Origin: a virus
Virus record (IMG/VR): IMGVR_UViG_3300017760_000001
Span: 32,001-96,000 of that record
Length of the DNA: 64,000 nucleotides
Strand: one strand, 5' to 3'
Part shown: positions 27,090 through 37,401 of the stretch, piece by piece
Layout: each line of letters opens with the position of its first letter
How positions within the stretch are numbered: position 1 is the stretch's first letter
Translations under genes and position numbers: made by a program
Notes under the pieces: generated by a model
Database searches by the model: none
What the model saw: the letters and a program-made list of their open reading frames with translations, nothing else
Told to the model about the DNA's origin: nothing

Positions 27090-27316
27090 TTGAGTTTACC
27101 ACCTAGTGATTTTAATGTAGTTTTCAATGTCTTCATTGCTAACGCCTGAGTTTTGAAAACGTCTAATTTGTCACCATCAATATACACACAGAAACCTTTT
27201 GGTTCCTTTACGATGGCGACTGGTACTTTAACAGATCCAGTTGACTTTGCCGAATACACGACATCACCCTTATACTTGGGTTTTGCTTTCTCTCGAATCT
27301 GTTTAAATGTTTTCAC
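27086..27316 (-). CDS. Small basic protein (gp68 position)
   Basis: MKTFKQIRE start; late promoter upstream. Confidence 0.65.
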   Translation of the reverse strand: MKTFKQIREKAKPKYKGDVVYSAKSTGSVKVPVAIVKEPKGFCVYIDGDKLDVFKTQALAMKTLKTTLKSLGGKLK

Positions 27317-27343
27317 TATAAGTTTTTTCCTTATTCGTACTTT

Positions 27344-27351
27344 TATTTATA
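27344..27351 (-). promoter_or_regulatory. Late promoter
   Basis: TATAAATA. Confidence 0.8.
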
Positions 27352-27380
27352 CAAAAAAAGTTTTTTAGATGAAATTATTA

Positions 27381-27737
27381 TTAAGAAAATTCTTCTTCAG
27401 ATTCTACTTCAACTTCAGGTTCTTCTTCGACCTCTTCTACCTCGATATCCTCTTCAGATTCAACCTCAGTTTCTTCTTCATCTTCAAAGTCAACCTCAAG
27501 TTCGAAATCTTCAACATCGATGTCTTCACCGTTGTTGTTGAAGATATTTGCGGCTACATTTACCTTCTCTGCTTCCAACGCATCTTGCATCTTACTACCC
27601 AACATGTCATTGAATAGGTCGCCTGCTTTGTTGTAGTTGGTCGCTTGAATTGCATCCACGAAGTTATCGAGGTTTAACTCCATCTGTGTCTTTTCAACTT
27701 CAGGTACTTCTACTTCAGCTGTTTCTGTTTCACTCAT
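27381..27737 (-). CDS. Acidic prohead core protein (gp67-like)
   Basis: Follows the portal; very Glu-rich C-terminus; start MSETE after GGAG. Confidence 0.7.
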   Translation of the reverse strand: MSETETAEVEVPEVEKTQMELNLDNFVDAIQATNYNKAGDLFNDMLGSKMQDALEAEKVNVAANIFNNNGEDIDVEDFELEVDFEDEEETEVESEEDIEVEEVEEEPEVEVESEEEFS

Positions 27738-27749
27738 GATTTTCTCCAA

Positions 27750-29258
27750 TTAAAATTCTTCGTCTTCATTACCTGTTTCTGCATTGGCTTCGGTTGCGAT
27801 TTGTTTCAGGATATTCTCAACCTCATCCTCTTGCATTTGTAATACATTTTTCCAAACCCATTCTTTAGAAAAGTACTCACCAACATATTGAGATACTTGA
27901 TCCATAGTCTGTAGACGTTCACGTAGAACCTCTGCTTCTTTGAGTTCAGAGAAGTGGTTGTCACGGATAAAGTCAACCGTGACATCATTCTTCCACTCTT
28001 CCCAATCCTGTTCAGTGATAATACCTTTGAGGATTAGTTGTTTCTTTAGAATATGTAGGAACAGATTAGAGAAACGTTTTCTCAGTCTGTCAATAAACTT
28101 CTGGAACTTAACTTCGTCTCGGTTGATCTCTGTTGCACGACCCAAAGAGAACTGTGCCTCTTGTTCTAGACGTGAAAGAGGTACGTTCAACGCACGATAC
28201 AATCTCTTCTGGAAGTAGATGATATCATCAATCTGTCCAAGGTTCTCACCGCCAGGCAGTGTAGAGATCTCTGTACCACGACCACCTTCTTTACGTGGTA
28301 ACCAGAAGTCTTCCAACATAGACATATGTTTACGGTCATCTTTCAATTGACCTGTGTTCGCATCGTAGACCAACTTGTTACGATAACGAGACATGATGTC
28401 TTTCATGTGTTTCTCTGCCTTCTGTGTAGGCAAGTTACCGACATCTATGTAAAAGATTCTACGTTCAGGCGCACGTGCGAGACGGTAGATTACCAACGAA
28501 TCTTCCATCATACGCAATTGGTTAATTGGTTTGATTGCCTTGTGTAGGAAAGATACTACACGTTTTCTAGAAGGATCTAATAGACCAGATGTAACATAGG
28601 ATACTGAATCTGGACTTAGTCTAACACCAGACTGCGCTCCTGCTTTCTCTTGATAGATATAGAACTCATCTGTTCTATCTACAATTTTTGCGCCTGTCTT
28701 AGGATCTTTCTTATACTTAACTTCTCGAACCTTACGCATTTTAGCTGCATCAATGGGACGAATCTCTTGGATACCCATCTTTGCGTTTGACTCGTTCACG
28801 ACCAAGTGATGGTACAAACGACCATCTACATACCATGAACGGAAAATATCGTGACCTAATTCGTTGAAGTTCAACATACCACATATGGCATCAAACTCTT
28901 CAACCATTAGTTTTTTGATTTTGTCTGATGTCTTAACGTTATCGAGATCGAGTTCTACAGGTGCTTCCATTTCGGAACCAGACACCGACTCGTTTACAAT
29001 ATCTTCGATAGCTGCATCGACTTCAGGATGTTGTGCAACACCCCTATACTTTTGAATCTGTTGGGTATTATCCTTCGCATCCGCACCATCCATATCGATG
29101 TACGAACCAAAGTGTGACCCTGAGGCTGTGACGTATCCAGCACCATCGGGATCTGCCGTTGGTACAATAGACTGAAGTTTTTCCTTTTCTTTCGGTTGGT
29201 TTGTTGTTCTTTTGATCTCAAATCCAAAGAGTTTTAAACCGTTATTCTCGTCCGCCAT
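27750..29258 (-). CDS. gp20: Portal protein gp20
   Basis: WYVDGR, YRLARAPERRIFYIDVGN, EDFWLPRKEGGRGTEI. Confidence 0.98.
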   Translation of the reverse strand: MADENNGLKLFGFEIKRTTNQPKEKEKLQSIVPTADPDGAGYVTASGSHFGSYIDMDGADAKDNTQQIQKYRGVAQHPEVDAAIEDIVNESVSGSEMEAPVELDLDNVKTSDKIKKLMVEEFDAICGMLNFNELGHDIFRSWYVDGRLYHHLVVNESNAKMGIQEIRPIDAAKMRKVREVKYKKDPKTGAKIVDRTDEFYIYQEKAGAQSGVRLSPDSVSYVTSGLLDPSRKRVVSFLHKAIKPINQLRMMEDSLVIYRLARAPERRIFYIDVGNLPTQKAEKHMKDIMSRYRNKLVYDANTGQLKDDRKHMSMLEDFWLPRKEGGRGTEISTLPGGENLGQIDDIIYFQKRLYRALNVPLSRLEQEAQFSLGRATEINRDEVKFQKFIDRLRKRFSNLFLHILKKQLILKGIITEQDWEEWKNDVTVDFIRDNHFSELKEAEVLRERLQTMDQVSQYVGEYFSKEWVWKNVLQMQEDEVENILKQIATEANAETGNEDEEF

Positions 29259-29289
29259 TTAAATTCCTCAAAACCTTAATAGTAAAATG

Positions 29290-29311
29290 AAAGGGGGAAA
29301 ATCCCCCCTTC
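29290..29311 (-). terminator. Hairpin/terminator after gp19
   Basis: AAGGGGG(G)...CCCCCTT inverted repeat followed by a T-rich run. Confidence 0.6.
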
Positions 29312-29332
29312 CATTCATTACTTATACTAGAA

Positions 29333-29860
29333 TTAACTAGTAGTATTTGACTCCCAGTATTGGATAGCAAATTCTACAGTAAATTCTTCGATTGCATCAT
29401 TAGTCTCGTAAGACAATGCAATCTCCCCTACGTTAACAGGGAAACAACCACGGAAGTTGTATGTTTTCAATACATCTCCATTGCGGTCAAGTTGATCAAC
29501 GGATAGATCCGCTTCGTAATCTACAGGGTTAGACAAACCAGTATTCGCAGCGTGTGCGTTGATACCGTTCATCCAACGTTCCATAGCATCACGAACACTG
29601 AAATCAGTATCGTTGATGATTGTTACAGTCCAGTTCTGGAAGGTACGATCGCCAGCAATCTTCAATTGGCGTCCACGGAACGGTACGTTTACCAATGCCA
29701 TTTCTGACACAGGTAACTGCGCTGTCTTACACAAGAATGATGATAGTTCTACATCACCACCAGCATAAGCAGGGAAGTTCAATGTTGCCTTGAAGAGATT
29801 GGGGCGTGCGCCTCCACCACGGAGTTTTGACTTAAAGTCATCTACACCTAATACAGCCAT
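29333..29860 (-). CDS. gp19: Tail tube protein gp19
   Basis: GGGARPNLF, FRGRQLKIAGDRTF, WTVTIINDTDF. Confidence 0.97.
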   Translation of the reverse strand: MAVLGVDDFKSKLRGGGARPNLFKATLNFPAYAGGDVELSSFLCKTAQLPVSEMALVNVPFRGRQLKIAGDRTFQNWTVTIINDTDFSVRDAMERWMNGINAHAANTGLSNPVDYEADLSVDQLDRNGDVLKTYNFRGCFPVNVGEIALSYETNDAIEEFTVEFAIQYWESNTTS

Positions 29861-29873
29861 TTTCTATCTCCTC

Positions 29874-31691
29874 TTATACCGTGCCAACTACTTCTTCAAA
29901 CTCAACACCAGTTCTAACTGCAACGAAGTTCAACGTTACGAAGTTAATAGAACGAGCGGGTTTGATGAAGATTGAAGCGATAAATTCATTTCTATCAATG
30001 ACTGCTGGTGTGTTATTTGTTTCGTCACAAACGACACGGAAGTCAGTGATACCTCTTCGACCCTGTACTTCACGAAGTAAAGGTTCTACGATGTTTGTAA
30101 ATTCAGCACGAGTAAACTCATCATTGAACTCAAACATTACGTTCTTAGCAGCTAAGGCGATTTGTCTTTCTAGTACAAGGAACAATCTACGAACGTTGAT
30201 TCGGTCGAATGCACTTGGACGACTTTCGAAAGTTTTATCACCAAATAGGATAACACCACTGCCTGGAATATTGGCGATTGGGTTAATGCCTGCTTTATAC
30301 AGAGTATCTCTCTCTGATTTGTTAGGGTTAGATAAAATGTCTGTTACACCCAAGTAGTTACCTCGTCTCTGACCAGCAGGAGAGAACCAAGGTGCAGCTA
30401 CTGCATCAGTACCAGCGAATAGACCAGCAGTTGATGAGTTAGCAGGGATGTTAACATACACATCGTTGTACTTGTCATATACCTTCAAGAAGTTATTATC
30501 AACAACTAGGTATGATGATCGGGTACAACCACTCGCAAACGAAGTAGTGCCAGTTACAGGAGTTGATCCTGTGATAGCAGCTCTATCGGGGGAAGTAGTT
30601 ACAACACAATCTTGACGACCTTTAGCGATAGAAACAAGATCATTTACAACGGTGTTACCGTCAGTCTTGTTAGGATGCAAAGGTGCGATTAACATATCGA
30701 CTTGTACAGTTTCAGTATCTTCGAACAGATCAAAACCAGTAGCGTATTCAGAAGTGCCGATAGCACCACCGTCTGTACCACCACCTAGTTTAACCTTAGA
30801 CTTAGCGTCACTCCAATCAGTACCACCTTGTGACGGTATGAAAGCGTGAGAGTAGTCTTCAGCTGAATCAACAGTAGGTTCTGCGCCAAACTTTGCTGCG
30901 AAGTTATTGTGAGTTGATCCAAACGCAGAGTCATCCCCAAAGTATGGGTTATAGACATAGTTAGACTGATTGTTGATTACGTCACTGATGTAGTTCGGTG
31001 CGCCGTCTGTAGACTTAGCGCCTTTCAACATAGATACATGTGGGAAAGTTTCAAGAACTGTACCAACAGTACCAGAGATAGCACCAGTACGGTCAACTAC
31101 CGCAACGTGTATCTCATCGTTAGCACCACTAGAGTTTAGGTTTGACAGGTGAGGTGAAGTGCCTGGAGCCTGATCAAACTGACCAGCATAAGACCATGCA
31201 TCAAAGAAGTCAGCACTAGTGTCTGAATCTGTACCAGCAGGACAGAATGATACTTCAATAGCATCACCTAAAGCACCAGCGTATCTAGATACAAATGATC
31301 CAGTTTTGTTGGTGTTAGCGGTTCCTAATGTCAGTGTGTCGAAATGTGATTTATTCTTAATTAATACTTGTTCACCATCAGACTCTTGATAAGATTCTAA
31401 TATGTAAGAAGACGAGGAATTAACTGCGCCGTCGCCCACTTCACGAACAACGTAGAGTGAACTTGAGTATCGTAAGAAAGAAGCTGCGGACAAAAAGTCC
31501 ACATTATTTGATGTGTCGGGTGAGCCAAAGACACTAACTAGACCAGTTTCATCTGCTACTAGTGTGCGTTCTTGTACAGGCCCCCAACGAAAATTCCCTA
31601 CAAAGGCGCCAGTTGATGACGTAACACTGGGTACTACACCAGTGAGATCAATCTCTTTGACTACAATTGCGGGAGAAGCTGATGTTGCCAT
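29874..31691 (-). CDS. gp18: Tail sheath protein gp18
   Basis: PWFSPAG, FDRINVRRLF, FEFNDEFTR, IKPARSINF. Confidence 0.98.
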   Translation of the reverse strand: MATSASPAIVVKEIDLTGVVPSVTSSTGAFVGNFRWGPVQERTLVADETGLVSVFGSPDTSNNVDFLSAASFLRYSSSLYVVREVGDGAVNSSSSYILESYQESDGEQVLIKNKSHFDTLTLGTANTNKTGSFVSRYAGALGDAIEVSFCPAGTDSDTSADFFDAWSYAGQFDQAPGTSPHLSNLNSSGANDEIHVAVVDRTGAISGTVGTVLETFPHVSMLKGAKSTDGAPNYISDVINNQSNYVYNPYFGDDSAFGSTHNNFAAKFGAEPTVDSAEDYSHAFIPSQGGTDWSDAKSKVKLGGGTDGGAIGTSEYATGFDLFEDTETVQVDMLIAPLHPNKTDGNTVVNDLVSIAKGRQDCVVTTSPDRAAITGSTPVTGTTSFASGCTRSSYLVVDNNFLKVYDKYNDVYVNIPANSSTAGLFAGTDAVAAPWFSPAGQRRGNYLGVTDILSNPNKSERDTLYKAGINPIANIPGSGVILFGDKTFESRPSAFDRINVRRLFLVLERQIALAAKNVMFEFNDEFTRAEFTNIVEPLLREVQGRRGITDFRVVCDETNNTPAVIDRNEFIASIFIKPARSINFVTLNFVAVRTGVEFEEVVGTV

Positions 31692-31758
31692 AACTTTTTC
31701 CTTTTTATCGGTTGCGAATTATAAGTGTACATTATACGGATTTTTTCTTCAATACCTT

Positions 31759-31766
31759 TATTTATA
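31759..31766 (-). promoter_or_regulatory. Late promoter for gp18
   Basis: TATAAATA. Confidence 0.8.
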
Positions 31767-31778
31767 CTTTAAAGATTT

Positions 31779-33419
31779 TCAGTCCCATTCGTGTACACCT
31801 ACCTCACCTTGTAAACGTTCTAACCACTCTGTCATATCTTCGTCTGGTCGCATCTGTTGTTCTTCCATTTCGATGTGTTCTGATCCATCATCAATGAATC
31901 CAGCTGGAGGCACATCATTCTCGATTGCCAACATCTTCTCTTCAAACATCATCTGTTTGAGGTTGATATCTGTCATGTCAGCAAAGAACTGAGTTGATAC
32001 AAAGTATCCGAACATAACTAGATTCATCATCAAGTCATCATGGTTACCGTCAGATGCCTCGTAGGATTGACCCTTACCTACGAATGTACTGATTTCCATG
32101 ATTGTGTTCTCGTCCATTATCTCTAGTTTGCCTTCCTCAAGTATATCCTTGATGGCGGTACAACCAAGACGTTTACTCTTGCGAGTCATCTCGATACCGA
32201 TAGAGTTTGCTTTTACTGCGGATGATACGAATACATTCTCATATTCTAGATCATAATACAGACCGTTACAAACAACCGTACCTTGGTCATTCGACTCAAT
32301 TACCACATATGCTTCGTTGTAGAGAGTGGAATACTTATATATAATATTAGGAAAAAGCACAGGCGATATAGAATTATTGCGATAGACGGCAACCTGTTTA
32401 AATGGTTTCGTGCTAATGTCGATTACGTTAAACGTAGAATAGTCCTGTCCTCTTCCCTTCGATACATCGACACAGACAAGGTATTCATGTCCTTTTTGTG
32501 GTTTATCGTAAACTAGGAAGTCCCCACCATTGAGGTATTCGATAGGTGGTTTTGCACGTAGGGATAATAATGTTTCTGCGTTGATTAATGTATCACCTGT
32601 TCCAAAGAAGGTGTTACCAAATTCTTGATCGAACTGTAGTTGTGACGTGTTCGCAACTGTTTGACGCTTCCACTCCTCATCTCGGCCTGGCACATCATGC
32701 CAGTTTACCTCAAAGGGTTTGAACTCGTTTACTCCTTGCTTTGCTCCAGTCCAGATTTTCTCGAATGGATTCCCAATGCCGTTCGCAGTGGAGGTAATAA
32801 TGACTTTAGTTTCTCGACCAGCCGACACGACAGGATATGTGGAAGTGTAGAATTCATTTGCTCTTTCCACAAAAGCGAACTCATCAAGAAACAGGAGGTT
32901 GACAGACATACCACGAATAGAACTGCCTGAGGTGGCAGCCGCAATAATTCTAGAGTTATTACTAAACTCAATACTACCTTTATTGAGTGCTTTACAACCT
33001 GGCTGTAAAAAGAACGGTAAGTTTTCCAATGCGAGCGTAACACGACCTAACATCTCCCTTGCAGTTGCACCTTTGTTGGCAAGCACTGCGATTGTTTTTT
33101 CGGGATGGAATATCGCATACCATAGAATATACACTACAGACGAAATACTCTTCCCAGATTGACGGCAGGCAAGTACTACGCAGAAGCGGTTATCGTTGAA
33201 ATGATTGAACATCTTCTCTTGATATGGATACAAGTTAAAGTTAACCAGTCCGTCATCAAGTGAGATAATCTTTACGTAGGTTCTTGCAAAATACGCTGGG
33301 TCATTCATACACTTAGCGTATTCTTTTACCGACTCCTCAGTCCATTCCTCCGCAACACCATCCTTCTTTACGTTGGGATTGCCGAGGTAACTATTCTTTT
33401 CCGCTGGGTTCAACATCAA
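31779..33419 (-). CDS. gp17: Terminase large subunit gp17
   Basis: RQSGKS, LFLDEFAF, TSTANG, DVSKGRGQDYS, HDDLMM. Confidence 0.98.
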   Translation of the reverse strand: MMLNPAEKNSYLGNPNVKKDGVAEEWTEESVKEYAKCMNDPAYFARTYVKIISLDDGLVNFNLYPYQEKMFNHFNDNRFCVVLACRQSGKSISSVVYILWYAIFHPEKTIAVLANKGATAREMLGRVTLALENLPFFLQPGCKALNKGSIEFSNNSRIIAAATSGSSIRGMSVNLLFLDEFAFVERANEFYTSTYPVVSAGRETKVIITSTANGIGNPFEKIWTGAKQGVNEFKPFEVNWHDVPGRDEEWKRQTVANTSQLQFDQEFGNTFFGTGDTLINAETLLSLRAKPPIEYLNGGDFLVYDKPQKGHEYLVCVDVSKGRGQDYSTFNVIDISTKPFKQVAVYRNNSISPVLFPNIIYKYSTLYNEAYVVIESNDQGTVVCNGLYYDLEYENVFVSSAVKANSIGIEMTRKSKRLGCTAIKDILEEGKLEIMDENTIMEISTFVGKGQSYEASDGNHDDLMMNLVMFGYFVSTQFFADMTDINLKQMMFEEKMLAIENDVPPAGFIDDGSEHIEMEEQQMRPDEDMTEWLERLQGEVGVHEWD

Positions 33420-33747
33420 TCACTTTTTCCTCATCACGTAGTATTCGCTGAAGGTCAGCAGTAGAACCTATAAACACATTGTTGTTGGTGGTGCCACCAT
33501 CTTGACCAATCTGTTTGGGTTCTTGTTTAATGTCCTTGTTCTTCTTATTCAAGTCCATCAACTTATCGTTCACGTCCGAGATGTTTTTGATCATCCCAGA
33601 TAATACTTCGAATGCACGAGGGTGTTCTGACTCTCGTGCCACTTCGATCATGAGTTCCAACGACTCCCTACCCTTCTCGATTAACTCGTAGTAGGTGTCT
33701 CTTGAATATTCATAATCGGTATTAACATTTTTGTTGTCATCTGTCAT
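33391..33747 (-). CDS. gp16: Terminase small subunit gp16
   Basis: DYEYSR, ESEHPRAFEV, NNVFIGSTADL. Confidence 0.95.
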   Translation of the reverse strand: MTDDNKNVNTDYEYSRDTYYELIEKGRESLELMIEVARESEHPRAFEVLSGMIKNISDVNDKLMDLNKKNKDIKQEPKQIGQDGGTTNNNVFIGSTADLQRILRDEEKVIDVEPSGKE

Positions 33748-34526
33748 TCTGCTTCACTGTCAAGGCTTGTTACATTAAATCCAAAGTCATCATCTGGACT
33801 TACATTAGATGGTGTAGGTGTTATATTTATCCCACTTGCAAATAGGTCACTATCTTGTGGGCCTTCATTCATTAGGAAGAAGTTTGTATTCACTTCTCTA
33901 ATGATAGGCGCATCTTTGTCTGGGCCATAGAAAGACACTTTCATCTCGAAGTCTAGTGTATAGAGAATGGTACGTCTTTGACCTACCGATCCTTCGAAGT
34001 CGTCCGAGAATGTAACACCGTTCAATATGATGGGGGTGTCTTCTGTAATCTCTGAGTAATCAGCAAACGGTTTAACCGATACTGTGTACTGGGGATTGAA
34101 ATATGGTATGACCTGTTCCACGATCTGTAGTGCATCGTCTTGTGACTTGGCATATACGTTCAACTGGAAACCAATTGTATATGGAACAGATGTATAAAAT
34201 CTTTTCTTTTTGGTATTGTCTGTGGCAGACCGTGTAAACTTATTTACCTTGGGTAACTGTCTCTCTGGATCGTATGCAATGTTTGTAATCTCGAAAGACA
34301 TACGTGGGAGTTTCATTGCAACTCTACGTTCCGCTTCCTCTCCCTTTGCCATCTCTGCGAGACGATCAATAAATGATCTACGTGGAGCATACGACAACGG
34401 AACCTTGACCTGAGATATTGTTGCGCCCGAAGAGTTCTGTCTCAACACGTGTATGTTATTGAACATAGAACCGAATACCGATACGGCAGTTCTTACTCTC
34501 TTGTTATAAAACCAAGTACCAAACAT
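33744..34526 (-). CDS. gp15: Tail sheath stabilizer gp15
   Basis: KVPLSYAP, LPRMSFE, QIVEQVIPYFNP. Confidence 0.95.
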   Translation of the reverse strand: MFGTWFYNKRVRTAVSVFGSMFNNIHVLRQNSSGATISQVKVPLSYAPRRSFIDRLAEMAKGEEAERRVAMKLPRMSFEITNIAYDPERQLPKVNKFTRSATDNTKKKRFYTSVPYTIGFQLNVYAKSQDDALQIVEQVIPYFNPQYTVSVKPFADYSEITEDTPIILNGVTFSDDFEGSVGQRRTILYTLDFEMKVSFYGPDKDAPIIREVNTNFFLMNEGPQDSDLFASGINITPTPSNVSPDDDFGFNVTSLDSEAE

Positions 34527-36613
34527 TAGAACATATCTCCGAATGGGTTAGACTCTGAGAAGTCTAAGAAGTCTGCCTCAAAATCATCAAATACTTTATT
34601 CTGTGCAGTAGGTTGTATTTCCTGTAGATCTTCTACAAGTTTAGGAACCCACTGAGCGTTAGATGATGCACCGACTACAGATCTCGATGTTGAGAATGTT
34701 TTGAATGTACCATCAGTACTACCAACATGAGCGAGTTGAAGTATGCGGTCACTATCTGACCAACGAGTAACTTCACCTTTAATCGTATAACTTGCGTTGG
34801 TTTGGGTAACAGTCTCTCCGATCAAGAAGTCAGATGAATCTAAGTTTTCGGCTGTAGTAACTGTAGGCAGATCAGAATAAAATGAACCAGAGTCAACTAT
34901 ATTTACAGATGTGACAACACCATCTGTTATGTTGGTCGTCAACACCGCAGTAGACCCTTCAAAATGTTCTAGTAGGGCAGTATTAGAGTTACTATCAAAT
35001 GCGGAAACCACTTCAGTGAATGACGTTACTGGAGCAGGTTGCGATGAAACAATAATGTTTCCGACCATGTTCTCATGACCACCTACAGTACATTGATAGG
35101 TGTAAGTTCCTGTCGCAGAAGGTGTGAATGTTGTCGTTCCACCTGTCTCTGTCACCAGAACATTGTTCCCATCATCTTTTATCTCAACAGGGTGACCACC
35201 AGAATTGTTCTGTAGGACTAATGTATCTCCATTGATGATATTGATATCGGGATCAGTAAGATCTGTGATTTCACCGTTTCGGTCAGACTGACTCGCATCA
35301 AAGGTATAATCACTACCATCACCACTAGCAATAGTTAGAGTATACGATTGTGTAGTGTGAGTTGTCGTAGATGTTCTTCCGTCAAATATGTCAGCTTTAC
35401 TTCCAGCTAACGCACGGAACTCATCGATTTTGCCTAAAAAACCAGAATAAGAAACTCCACCGACTGTACGTGGCGATTCCGAACCTAATGAAACCGTGTT
35501 GGAAGTAATTAATGATAGGTTTCTAGTCGTGTCACTATCTAAAATTTGTGTGCCGTCTAAGAAAGCGTATATGCGACTATTTGTACCAGAACCATTACTA
35601 TCAAAACCAATAACTAAGTGATGCCAAGTATCATTCGTAAGACTAGCATTAGTTAAAATATTTGCATCTGGTTCACCAGATAAAGGTTCCCTGAAAGAAT
35701 ATGATATCCTACTTTGATCATCTATACCCCAAGTCATTATATTAGGATCGATGGAGTTAGTACCAGCAACAGTCATGAACGACTGATATTGACCATTTGT
35801 GGGAACCGAAAGTTGACGTAAAAAAAGTTCGACCGTACCGTTATCACTAGCAAATAAGAAATTCTGGGTAAAACCTCTATCTAGATTTGACGATAAGGAG
35901 TTTTGTCCAAACTTAGCAGTAGTCTGAGGCGCAGTGAGTGTTACTGTTGGTGCCGTTACATAACCCTTACCACCTTTGACAATATCAACCTGACGTACAC
36001 CACCAGTAACAGGATTAAGGTTTTGAATATTCATCTCTAGAGTGTTTTCTGAAGACGGTTCCATTGTGACTTTATACTGGTAAGCACCTTCATACTCAAT
36101 TTGATCAATAGATGCAATGTTAGTATCAAAGTCTTCGTCACTATATTCAAACAACTCACACTGCATTCGGAATACAGGTAGTTGACTCAGTTGATAGAAC
36201 GGAGTCTCGGTCTCTACCTTCATTACCTCAAACATAGAGTTTGACATCGGTAGGTAAATCACATCACCTTCACGTGGACGGAAACCAACCTCTGCTAGGT
36301 TGTCGCCAATTAGTTTCTTCCAACGTCTACGTGCAAATACGAATGTTGCCTGATCACGCAATTCGATACCAAATTTAGTGAACAGGTCACCCTCTCCATC
36401 GAACCCTTCGGTATTCTCGATGTAAGTCTCGATCTTGTACGCATCAGTAAATCGTGAAGGAACATCATCAGCAAAGATTTTATCCTTGTTGACAATTTCA
36501 CGTGGGATGTAGTATACGTCCTCACCATAGAACTTCAGAGACTCGATTACGAGATCTTCGTAAAGACTTTGTTCGGATCGTACCTTTTTGCTGATATACG
36601 GATTTGTTGCCAT
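34526..36613 (-). CDS. gp14: Neck protein gp14 with large internal insertion (LamG-like plus cupredoxin-like)
   Basis: N-terminal DVYYIPR, LFTKFG, RPREGDVIY, CELFEYS and C-terminal DFSESNPFG, with about 430 aa inserted. Confidence 0.9.
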   Translation of the reverse strand: MATNPYISKKVRSEQSLYEDLVIESLKFYGEDVYYIPREIVNKDKIFADDVPSRFTDAYKIETYIENTEGFDGEGDLFTKFGIELRDQATFVFARRRWKKLIGDNLAEVGFRPREGDVIYLPMSNSMFEVMKVETETPFYQLSQLPVFRMQCELFEYSDEDFDTNIASIDQIEYEGAYQYKVTMEPSSENTLEMNIQNLNPVTGGVRQVDIVKGGKGYVTAPTVTLTAPQTTAKFGQNSLSSNLDRGFTQNFLFASDNGTVELFLRQLSVPTNGQYQSFMTVAGTNSIDPNIMTWGIDDQSRISYSFREPLSGEPDANILTNASLTNDTWHHLVIGFDSNGSGTNSRIYAFLDGTQILDSDTTRNLSLITSNTVSLGSESPRTVGGVSYSGFLGKIDEFRALAGSKADIFDGRTSTTTHTTQSYTLTIASGDGSDYTFDASQSDRNGEITDLTDPDINIINGDTLVLQNNSGGHPVEIKDDGNNVLVTETGGTTTFTPSATGTYTYQCTVGGHENMVGNIIVSSQPAPVTSFTEVVSAFDSNSNTALLEHFEGSTAVLTTNITDGVVTSVNIVDSGSFYSDLPTVTTAENLDSSDFLIGETVTQTNASYTIKGEVTRWSDSDRILQLAHVGSTDGTFKTFSTSRSVVGASSNAQWVPKLVEDLQEIQPTAQNKVFDDFEADFLDFSESNPFGDMF

Positions 36614-36614
36614 A

Positions 36615-37382
36615 TTACCCTGCGAAGAAGATAGGGCCTACATCTTCCTCTTCCCTAAACCTAGTACGAATCTGTTCAAGTTCATTGTTAGCGTCCTCAA
36701 ATATAGAACGACCACTGATCTGAACACCCCCAGGCAAGGTCATGCCATCAAACTTTAATAGGTTGGTTCCCCATTGCCTTTTGATAATTGCGGTTAGATA
36801 CTCTTTAAGAAACTTGTGATTGAACAGAGAATTGTAATCACCACCAGCAGATTCTTCAGATGGAGTTCTGATACCATAGACTTCGATAACAATGTGATCG
36901 CCTACAGTGAGTTTCTCGGAACTCAAGTAGTAGTATAAACGATTACCTTGTCGGTCAAATGTAGTTTCGGGCGTACCGCTTAGTTTCATATCAAGTAATG
37001 ATAGATGTTGTTGCATTTGTTCGTAGTATGCAATGTCACCAGCATAGTTGTTCAAATCGGTGACATCGTTCAACATCATCTGATACTTGATATCAAAGAA
37101 ATTTGTTGTTTGTGAAACAGTGTTGATCGGGAACATACGAACAACAGTGGAGATGGATGCATCTCCGAGATCGATATATCCGTTGTTAACAATGTCTTGA
37201 GTGACGGCAAACGACATGTAGTGTCTACGTGAACCATCTGGATGATTCTCACGGAACCACTGAAGTGCCTCGTCTACACGATCTTCTAGTTGTTCGTCAT
37301 CGACATTTATTTCAAGAACAGGCGCACCCAAACTACGTAAGCAATAATCTATTAGTTCTTGTCTAGTGTTAGGACTTGCCAT
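36615..37382 (-). CDS. gp13: Neck protein gp13
   Basis: YCLRSLGAPVLEINV, KRQWGTNL.KF.GM.LPGGV. Confidence 0.96.
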   Translation of the reverse strand: MASPNTRQELIDYCLRSLGAPVLEINVDDEQLEDRVDEALQWFRENHPDGSRRHYMSFAVTQDIVNNGYIDLGDASISTVVRMFPINTVSQTTNFFDIKYQMMLNDVTDLNNYAGDIAYYEQMQQHLSLLDMKLSGTPETTFDRQGNRLYYYLSSEKLTVGDHIVIEVYGIRTPSEESAGGDYNSLFNHKFLKEYLTAIIKRQWGTNLLKFDGMTLPGGVQISGRSIFEDANNELEQIRTRFREEEDVGPIFFAG

Positions 37383-37401
37383 ATCTCTTCTCTTAAATTA
37401 A

